Shown here one piece after another: positions 54,311 through 64,000 of a stretch of DNA of 64,000 nucleotides. Each line of letters opens with the position of its first letter. Position 1 is the stretch's first letter. The notes beneath the pieces were generated by a model, which was given only the letters and a program-made list of their open reading frames with translations, was not told the DNA's origin and searched no databases. The DNA is taken from the NCBI RefSeq assembly GCF_052425735.1, contig NC_135769.1, positions 32,240,001-32,304,000 on the forward strand. The letters run 5' to 3'. This DNA comes from Oculina patagonica (lineage: Eukaryota). The position numbers and the translations under genes are program-made.

Positions 54311-56292
54311 AAACAATATTTTTAGCCAGTGTCAACTTATTAATTCGAATTTTTAACATGCCTGGCTACCAGACCCGAACATTTTTAATGATAATAAGGT
54401 GTATGAGCCTTTATGCGTCGCCTGCCGCTCAAAGGACAGATCATGATGATGTATATTTTTACAAAACAATATTTTTTTTCAATTTGTATGATTTTCAACT
54501 CATAATTTGAGAGCTCGGCTTATAACAAAAGATTTCACAATTCGTGTTATAATTCGAGATTCCGATAAAAAAGCGAGATAGCATATAGCACCAGATCTCA
54601 ATTTCGACAACTAGAAATTTCGACTAGTTCCTCCTGTTCCTGGCGTATCTTGACTTACAATACGAGATCTTGCATTATGTGGAAAGTTTGCATATCATCG
54701 CGGCGGAGATGTGAGTTATCTGAGGTGCTTGGACATTTTAGACCCTACCTGAGAACGTTCCACTTTTCCGCTCTTGTTTAAACATGTATTCATTGGCATA
54801 ATAAATTTTATCCTTCGGTCACAACTCTTTAAACTGTTTTTAACTTGCGCAAATTAAACCCTAGTGTGGATCATGCAGCTTCCGTAGTCTGTCTGTATCA
54901 GCTTCGTAAAAGAACGGTAAACCGTTCAGTTTTATCCGTTTAACAAACGCAGATAGATCATCGTTTAACAGTTTCTTTCTTGTTACCAATGATTGTCTTT
55001 CGGTAGGAGCTTTTCTTTTTTTGGAGAAGGACCAGAAAAGACGAATGGTAACCATTTTATATAGAGAGGGTTTTGGCGTCGGTGTTAATACCGTAATGAT
55101 TCGATTTAGTGTCCTCCTCCCAAAAAGCACTCCCTCAATCAAACGCCCCCATTTAGGGGTGTTCCTGTGATGTAAGCGTCGCTTTTCCAATAACCCCCCC
55201 TCCCCCCTATTCCAATATGTGCATGTTACAATATGCTCCCATCTCCCAAGATCTCGAATTATAAGTCCACATCATGGATTGCTAGAAAGATTGGTTGATG
55301 ACCCTTGCCTGTCACCGTAGAATCGAAGTACTCTACATGTAATGATCTTCGTGTCTCTGCCACAGGCATTGTTTAAGTCGTCACATAAAATAACGCCATG
55401 CTATCCAGAGGTTAAGCCAATCACAGCTTGGCTTCCATAAATCGGGATCAAAAACGACTACAGGCCATGCCTTATCGGTGACGCGCGGAACGAAAATAGC
55501 AAACACAAACCATGGAACAGAGAAAAGAAAAATAATAATGATGAAGCTTTTGCTAGGAATGAATGATAAGCCACTACTTCATCGAAAAAAGCCAATAAGG
55601 AAGAGAAAAAGGCCTTAAAATCGACGACGTTGACATTTTTACGCCAGCGGTGCGCGTCATTCTAGCAAGACAGCAAAGAAGTGAGTATCAAAAGTATTTA
55701 TGCCGCGTTTGATTTTAGACATTCCTGACAAAAAGATAAAAAAGCACGTTTTACTGATGTGCAAAATTGGCCAGACAACTACTCATTTTCGTCCTGAAAC
55801 ACTTAAATAAATTCAATTTGTCGGTAATCATTCGGTTTACAAAAGTGAAAGTTTAGCCCCCGGAAGTATTTCGTTACAGGTTATAACGGACCAAGCTAGG
55901 TAATTCCTTTCTTCCCCTTCCACTCGGTTTCTTAGAAAAATATTAACTAGCAAAACTCTAAAACTCCTTTATCAGCCCAGCTTAGCAAAATAAACGAGGC
56001 ATAACTAAGGATATAATTTTAATGTTAAAAGTTACTGATGATCGGCGCTGTTTTCCGGCATATTTTCATGGTTCAGTTCTGTCCATTCACTGATTTATAA
56101 GGAGGTCAACTCGAAAGCTGTCCTTCAGTGCCGGAAATGAGGGCAAAGGGGAGCCTAACGGTTCTCTCGGTTTGGAGGTCCTGCAACGTTTCTTTCTTTT
56201 AAATCATCACATAACCTGCGTGAAAGAATCGCGCAGTATAAAGTGATGCTATTTAAGCCTGCTTAAAAACTCTTTTTTCTTATCAAGGAATC

Positions 56293-59063
56293 ATGTCCCG
56301 AACAAGCTCGGTCTTCTTTGCTACCATGTGTGTGCTAATCATAAGCGTGACGTCATCGGCTGAGACAAAAAGGGAGGCAAAAGTTCTTATTCTCGGGGCA
56401 GGTCTGTCAGGAATTACCGCTGCTAAAACGCTCCTAGATAACAACATTACAGATTTCTATGTTCTGGAGGGTCAAGATTACATTGGTGGGAGAATTCACG
56501 CCATGCAGTTCGAAGGAATTACTATTGAGACAGGAGCTAACTGGCTTCATTTGCTGAACGATGAAGATACAGCGCCTCTTGCAGAACGGTTAATAAAAAC
56601 AGAGATGACTGGCGTTTGGTGCAATTATTCTGACATCATCATCAGGTTGGTTTGAAAACTTATTATAACTATGCTGAGACAAAGTTGCATTTGTATACTT
56701 GAATAAAATCATATCTTTCAAATCGACTGCAGAAATCAAACAATACAAACAGCAGCAACAAACATAACACATGGAATACGCATGGTTTGAAAAAGAATTC
56801 ATCAAAAATTAACTTGACGCTTCAAATCGAAGTAAACCTCAGAATAATATTTTACTAACGCGGTAGAAAAACACCAGGGAGGTATAAAGTATATTTGAAA
56901 AATTAGGTCAATACCTTCTACATGGGCCATCCATTACGTAGCTCTGAGTTTGTGATGCTTATTTCCCTGTTCCCCTTTTAAACACTTTCTTGAGGTTCGC
57001 TTCTTTACGGAGCCAGTCACAAATCGAAGTTAATAAGCAAAAACAAGCGACCGGCGCCAAGTGCATGGAGGAAACGTGTAGTTCACACTGATGCTTTCTT
57101 CTATTGCATGGTTCGTCTAAAAGAGCACATTGTAAAAATTTCTTAATTTGTACCAGTTGTAGAGCTCATGCTATGCAGGCAGAAAAGTAAAACTAGGACG
57201 CGATTTGCGCGGGACGATGGCGAGGACCTGAAAATGCGCGCGTGGGGAAGCTCCAAACTCAACTGACTCGCGGCCTGTCGCCGGCCGGGGTTACCTGTTG
57301 CGCCGTGCAAAGTAATTTACATGATTGCTGTACGGGAATCCGATATGTCAGAGATTTGGTTGACCTTTCATTTAAACTACCGAGAAGAGTTAGCATTTCT
57401 CAATCCTTGGGGCAATAAGAGCGCCCACTGTAAAACTTCGTTTTAGATAATCCATGCGTTTTATTGCTATGTTTTTAATCTTTCAGAGACGAAACTGGTG
57501 AAGACATCACAGACTGGGAAGTCATTCGCAAGTTTGACAAAGAAATTGAAGAAAAACTCGAAGAATTCCAGTTAGCCAGGAAAAGGAGACACGAGCCAGA
57601 CATTCCTGCTCGAGTTGGATTGCAGTTAATGGGATGGAAGAGTAATCAACCGATTGAAAAAGTGCTAGAGTATTTTAGACTTGACTTTGAGCATGCTAAA
57701 CAGCCTGATCTGGTCTCGTTTTATCAGCTATTCAGCCGGGGAAAAGACTTTTTTGTTTCAGATCTACAAGGTCTGTGGTCTCTTTATGAAGATTTGTACA
57801 AGCCTGTGATGGAGCGCACCATACTCCAGGAAACTGTTGAGAAAATAAGATACTCTGACCACTCAGTGGAGCTCCACACAAAAAGTAACGAAACTTTTGT
57901 AGCAGATTACGCCCTGTGTACTTTTAGCTCTGGGGTCTTAGCAAGTGACACGATAACCTTTGACCCACCCCTTCCTAAGTGGAAAAGAGAAGCCATTTAT
58001 AAAAACCCGATGTCTGTGTACACGAAAATTTTCTTGAAATTTCCAAGAAAATTCTGGGATGATAATGAATACATTTTGCACGCTTCCAAACGGCAAGGTT
58101 ATTTTTCAGTGTTCCAGGACTTGGACAGACCGGGGATTTTACCAAAAAGTGGTATTTTATTAATTACTGTCACTGGAGACGAAGGAAGAAGGATTGAAGA
58201 ACAAACAGACCACGAAACAAAGACTGAGATCATGAAAACTTTGAGGAAAATTTACGGCGAGAAAATTCCTGATCCTACAGGTATGTACGTATAAGTAAAA
58301 AAAAATGCTCCTTAAAAAACAAAATACGTTTAATGAAGCGCTTGAATAGCCTTGAATCACTGAGTAGTTACATAAATATATTTTGTATAGTTTTGCAGTC
58401 GGTACGTAGTCAGTCAGTCAGACAGTCAGCCAGAGAGACAGTCAGTCAGCCAGTCAGCCAGCCAGTCAGTCAGTCAGTTAGTCAGTCAGTCAGACAGTCA
58501 GACAGTCAGACAGTCAGACAGTCAGTCAGACAGTCAGACAGTCATACAGTCAGACANNNNNNNNNNNNNNNNNNNNNNNNNNNNNNNNNNNNNNNNNNNN
58601 NNNNNNNNNNNNNNNNNNNNNNNNNNNNNNNNNNNNNNNNNNNNNNNNNNNNNNNNNNNNNNNNNNNNNNNNNNNNNNNNNNNNNNNNNNNNNNNNNNNN
58701 NNNNNNNNNNNNNNNNNNNNNNNNNNNNNNNNNNNNNNNNNNNNNNNNNNNNNNNNNNNNNNNNNNNNNNNNNNNNNNNNNNNNNNNNNNNNNNNNNNNN
58801 NNNNNNNNNNNNNNNNNNNNNNNNNNNNNNNNNNNNNNNNNNNNNNNNNNNNNNNNNNNNNNNNNNNNNNNNNNNNNNNNNNNNNNNNNNNNNNNNNNNN
58901 NNNNNNNNNNNNNNNNNNNNNNNNNNNNNNNNNNNNNNNNNNNNNNNNNNNNNNNNNNNNNNNNNNNNNNNNNNNNNNNNNNNNNNNNNNNNNNNNNNNN
59001 NNNNNNNNNNNNNNNNNNNNNNNNNNNNNNNNNNNNNNNNNNNNTCTGTCTGTCTGTCTAGGT

Positions 59064-59133
<70 letters not shown>

Positions 59134-59532
59134 TTAGTCAGTCGGTCAGGCAGCCAGTCAGTCAGTCAGTCAGTTTGCTTTATTTCACTGTCAGACTTTG
59201 TTTATGCCGGCAGCGTATCTGTGATGCACTTCCTCACTTTTCTTTTCGCAGCGATATTCTATCATCGCTGGTCTAAAGATCCGTTAACACTAGGCGCCTA
59301 CAGCGAGCCAGTAGTGGGTACGACTCCACAGGATTTTGAAAACCTGGGGGAGAAACTGGGCCGACTTTATTTCGCTGGGGAAGCGACGAGCAAAGACTGG
59401 TACGGGTATATGCAAGGCGCTTACCTGACGGGTCAAGACAAAGGCCAAATGATCGCTGATGATTTAATGCAAATTGAAGAACAGAAAACTGGATATTGGT
59501 TTGATGAAACAGGCGTTCACGAGGAACTATAA
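56293..59532 (+). CDS. FAD-dependent polyamine oxidase-like amine oxidase, 475 aa, with signal peptide and C-terminal HEEL
   Basis: Exons 56293-56645, 57487-58280 and 59252-59532 are in frame. Motifs: VLILGAGLSGITAA (GxGxxG), LEGQDYIGGRI, GANW, VYTKIFLKFPRKFW, RRIEEQTD, RW..DP..GAYS, GRLYFAGEATS..YGYMQGAYLTG. Confidence 0.92.
58408..59175. repeat. Compound tetranucleotide microsatellite (CAGT/CAGA/CAGG) spanning an assembly gap (58557-59044)
   Basis: Directly visible repeats on both sides of the N run. Confidence 0.95.
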
Positions 59533-60408
59533 TTTGATTGCTTACATAGTGGAATGCAAGAAGTTACTAATTTCTTTTTATTTTATTATTTTTATTTTAT
59601 AAAACTCAGTGATGATCTATTAGGTTAATTAAATAAAAGGAATCAGTTTTTAAGATTTTGTTTCTCCACTTACTACGAAATTCTAGCTTTAATTGAGAAG
59701 ATCTAACAGAAGCATCCTCTTACAGTAGATTGAATAGTCACGTTCTCAGCCCTCTCTCATCATCGGAAAATTGTGAGAACTTGGACATAGTCAAGAAATG
59801 TGTGCAGCAATGTTAGTTATGTCCACAAACACTGACTCGTCCGCAATGATCCTGTCGTTTCCAAATACGAATGTGAAGCCAGAGAGTTAACTTAAGTATT
59901 TTTAAGTGCTAAAATAAACTCGTGAAAGGTAAGCAAATTGAAAAGATTCTAAAGATTTCACTTACTATACAGGGGAAATTTACTGTTTTCACCGCAATTT
60001 TATCCTTTCCATATATAATAATAATAATAATAATGCTAAAAAATAAAAATAATTTCCGTTAGTTTCTGTTAGTCAGAAGTTCTGCTTGTGGTAACATCAC
60101 AGGGCAAGAAAGCCGGACGTCGAATATTTTCAAATTTTAAAATCTCTTTTTTACATTTTCTGAGTGCTTTGGATGATTTAGACTATATTTTTCCTCCGGA
60201 AATTGTTGAAATTGGGTAGACTTTCTCAAAGACCGTTCCATGTGTTCAACTTCGTCACTTTTGTTAACAGTTGTTTACGTCCGGCTCGTAAGAGTCGACT
60301 CACAGTGTGGCAAGTCTAGATTGGGAGGATTTAATTTGTGGGATAAATGAACAAGTAAATGACAGCGTACCTCCAGGAGAACCTGATTGGTTAAAAATCA
60401 GTGTTTAA

Positions 60409-61055
60409 AGGAACAGTGTCACGACATTTTAAGCCATTTTTCTGATTTCTTCCATCAAAATAATAGTCTTCTAACATAAAAAACAACAAAGGAGTAATAA
60501 AAACATAAAAAATAACCAAGAATGCCTTCGACTGACGAAGATCAAGAGAGATTGTGAACAAAAAACTCAAAAAAACGTGCCAGTTTTTTAAGGTCATTGC
60601 CCTGAAATAGAACTGAACACAATTTTTTAACCAAACTTCGCCTACTGGTTTATTACTTCAAGGGACTTAAATTTGAAATAAAAAATGGGGGTCACCAGAT
60701 CGTTTAGGAGCAGGACGACCATGTATATTCCATATAATTCCTTTATAATTCCTCTGCGAGTACGGCAAAGTACACTTTAGCGATTTTTTTTCAAACACAT
60801 AAATTGATCTTTTTCTTTTACAGAAAGAATTGATCGCTACACCCAAAATATGAGAAAAATTGATAGGTCACCAGGCTCGTTTAGGAGAAAGTGACAATTT
60901 ACTTCTCCGCGGACTAAGCCGCATAGAAAAAAGCCGCCATTTTGTTGATGTGCCGCGCGCGCGCGGTAAACGCGTAAAATTCTGCGCAGTAAGGAGCGCA
61001 ATGCAAAACAGGGCAATGACCTTAAGATGCGTTCTTCGCGCACGACGTAGCTCCT
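60409..61055. mobile_element. Kolobok-like non-autonomous element (TTAA TSD, degenerate TIR)
   Basis: TTAA|AGGAACAGTGTCACG ... CACGACGTAGCTCCT|TTAA. Confidence 0.55.
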
Positions 61056-61320
61056 TTAAAATAAGCGCTGCTCTCCGATACAGTAAAACCCCGCGTATAA
61101 GAACCTAACATTTTAGAACCTGTTAGGCTAAAATTTCATTTTTAAGCACCATTCACATAAGAACCATTTTAGGCTAAAATTCTAAAACAGGTTCTTATTT
61201 TCAAAAAAGAAAAAATTAATCTCCCCAAAAATATAGAATTAAAAAATCTTCTAAAAAATATATTTATAACACAGTCTGTACACATTAAAGTTACAGCATA
61301 GTTACATAAAACTTGTCCTC

Positions 61321-62564
61321 TATGGGGTGCCATTACCTCGGCAAATTATTGTTTTATTATTATTAGACACAATGTTTTATTATTAGGCACCAGTTTATTA
61401 TTATTAGGCACAATGTTTTATTAGAGTGATTTTACTTCAACCGTGAAATAGTTACTACTCAAATAGAAACTATTAGTCACTAATTCCTTTGTTTTCTTTT
61501 GTTTAGTTTTCACTATTTAGCACTAATTGTTAGATGTTGTTTCACGGGTCAAATAAAATCACTCTATTAGTCACCAGTTTATTATTATTAGGCACAATGT
61601 TTTATTATTAGGCACCAGTTTATTATTATTAGGCACAATGTTTTATTATTAGGCACTTTATTTTATTATTATTTATTATTAAACGTTCGGGAAAAGCCGC
61701 TCCATTTCTGTTTTGAAACTAGTGCCAGCGCCCTGGTTCGTCGTGGAAGGAATTGGTTTAGCTGTTGAGGTTTCCCCTTCATCAGAGCTAGCAAGCCCTT
61801 CGATTACCTTAACGGCTTTTGAAAGCAGATCCTTTACCACGAAAACGTTCTTCTCCGCCATGTCATGTCAACCTTCGAAAAAAGGCGGGAAAATAATGAA
61901 AATCAATGCCTAATAATGCAACAAGGTGACTAATAATAAAACATTGTGCCTAATAATAATAAACTGGTGCCTAATACAGTCGAAGCTCTCTTAACGGACA
62001 CTCTCGTAAGCGGACAGCTCTACTTACGGTCGCCTTGTCTGAAACCCCGTTTTTACTCCCATACAAACTCTGTATTTTTACATTCTCGTAAGCGGACATT
62101 CCCGTAAGCGGCCGCGGACACTTTCAGAGATTACGATTTAGACTTTTTCTTTGTTTTTATTCTCCCGTAAGCGGACAGCCCAAAGAAAATCCTATTGACA
62201 ACCTCTGAATCTTGTTTTTATAAATCAACTTCACATCGCCATTCGTCACAATGATTTTAAAGTAATTACAGAACCATATTTCAGTGTTTGTTTTGTCGTC
62301 ATCCACGTTCGTCCGGTTATTGTTAGCTGGGCAAGCTCCCGTAAGCGGCCATCTTTCCCCTTCACTTTTAGTGGCCGCTTACGAGAACCCTTCTCGTAAG
62401 CGGCCAGCTCCAGTTACGGACACTTTTTTCGCGTCCCGAGGGTGTCCGCTTACGAGAGCTTCGACTGTAATAAAACTTTGTGGCTAATAATAATAAACTG
62501 GTGCCTAATAATAAAACATTGTGCCTAATAATAATAAAACAATAATTTTGGCGGTAATGGCATA
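61321..62564. mobile_element. Foldback-type element with long tandem-repeat TIRs and a TATGG terminus (IS3EU-like), with nested insertions
   Basis: Left TATGGGGTGCCATTACC then (TTATTATTAGGCACAATGTT/..GGCACCAGT)n. Right inverted copies end GGTAATGGCATA. An internal palindrome at ~61420-61570 and a 60-aa ORF at 61679-61861. Confidence 0.65.
61977..62467. mobile_element. pogo/Tigger-type MITE nested in the foldback arm
   Basis: TA|CAGTCGAAGCTCTC..CGGACAC ... GTGTCCG..GAGAGCTTCGACTG|TA, with CGTAAGCGG repeats. Confidence 0.9.
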
Positions 62565-62634
62565 ATAATTGCAATATTGTATTGAGCTGCCGTTCTTTCC
62601 TAGAACGGAAGCAAAATGCTCATTTCCGTTCTGG

Positions 62635-63170
62635 TGACGTCACTAAGAATGTACGAGTGCGGCTTCGCACTATTTAGTTCATCGTCGTTATGAAGTCGGC
62701 ATTTCCGAAAGCAAAGCAAGGTGAGTTCCTGTGAGCGCGAATTTTACGGAACTTGAAAGTACAATCTCATATTTTCCTGCTAGAGCACTTCAAGATACAG
62801 GCCAGTTTGTCCTTAAACGATTTGTTTATCAAATATAAACTCAAGAGTGAATATTTTGAAGACGTTTGGACTTCTCGTGTGATATCATTCGACCGCAGTT
62901 TGACAGGTCAAACATGACATTTGATATGATAATGGTCACGACGTCTTCAGATGAGTGTGTTGGTTCATGTATTCACGAATTTATTTGAACAATTGGGGAC
63001 GTTTGCCTTGGTAAAATACTCCACAAGTGTTAGTGCAAGTTTCTACAAAGCTAAAGTTGACGTTGGAGCGGTGCTTTTGCCATTTTGGCTGGAATAATCT
63101 TCTAGAAATCGCTGTGAAAGTAATACTTAAAGGCGATGGAAGAAGAAAGATTGGTTTCAGATGAATCAGG
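62635..63170 (+). other. Possible promoter and first exons of a downstream gene (unidentified)
   Basis: Palindromic CRE GTGACGTCAC (~62634); strong donors AAG|GTGAGT (62720) and AGG|GTAAGT (63170); short ORF MEEERLVSDESG from 63136. Confidence 0.3.
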
Positions 63171-64000
63171 GTAAGTGCATTATCTCTTGTAGTTATTGCG
63201 GTAAAATGCGTGTAACTTTAATTTCGAGTTATAAACAAGTTTTTAATTTAGAACGGTTAAATGTTTGCAACCTATTAAGCTTATAATTGCAAAAATACAA
63301 TGACCATTGTAGCTGGATTTTTCGAAAGTTTGAAAACCAGTGCATTTCAAATACAATAAGCTTACTGTGTTTATTGCGCTTTTGTCAGTGCTTAATAAAA
63401 ACATTTTAGCTCATAAGTTCTGCATAATGTAGTGCTATTTGAACGGTAATTAAATGAAGCTTATTAGACAGAAGCAAAATATCGGTTTAGTTCCCAGTGT
63501 TTACAAGGCGGCAAAACCTGATTAATGAACTTTTGCCTGCTAAAATTTTTTAACAATAGGTGTCGAAATGAAAACAAAATGGTTGTATTTACTGTATTTG
63601 GATTGTACCCTCAAGCTGGGCCCTCTATGTGAATTGGCGTTCAAAAGTGTCATTTTCCGTTACTGGCAGTGTTTGCAATAATTTGTAAGAAATATTTTTT
63701 TTGAGGCAGAATCTGCAAATACATCTTGTTGCTAACACCTGTTTTATCTGCTTTTAAAGGAGAGGTGTCTGCTGTCAGCTGATAATAGTACAGTGGAATT
63801 TTATTTTTCTCATACCCTAAATTTTTCAAACCTCTCGATAACTCAACCCAAAAGTTGTCTCTCTTACTTCCGTCGAACATTGCAATGTTACTCCTCCCCC
63901 TAAGTTTGTTTCCCTGGGAGGTTTGAAAATCGGGATTCCACTGTTATTACTGTTTGGGAATCTAGGTTTTATGCACGCCAAATAAGTAATAAACAATATT

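Noticed and set aside
61340-61680. CRISPR-like repeat array
   Set aside because: Eukaryotic context; units are tandem without unique spacers and form transposon arms.

Overview
AT-rich, intron-rich animal genomic DNA. The repeat landscape suggests a cnidarian, probably a stony coral (inference). There are two assembly gaps (50682-51181, 58557-59044). Eight protein-coding genes can be reconstructed from splice sites: (1) TTC30/IFT70 (-), whose 3' part runs off the window; (2) a divergently transcribed ER-resident Canopy-like saposin protein ending KTEL (+); (3) a 64-aa GNG13-like G-protein gamma subunit (-) that is absent from the ORF track; (4) PDI/P4HB (+, KDEL); (5) RhoGDI (+) immediately after it, the ancient PDI-RhoGDI microsynteny, with a GC-AG intron; (6) a TTC34-like TPR protein with a single coding exon and a CaaX box (+); (7) TMEM184B-like (-), with its middle exons missing, presumably in a gap; (8) a maize-PAO-like flavin amine oxidase with a signal peptide and a C-terminal HEEL (+). 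Introns and intergenic DNA hold a tRNA/Deu-domain SINE, many MITEs (several nested), TTAA-flanked Kolobok-like elements, an IS3EU/foldback-like element and a candidate minimal hammerhead ribozyme. The best novelty candidates are the putatively ER-retained plant-type polyamine oxidase and the minimal Canopy-like protein. All family assignments are from memory of the families; no database search was run.
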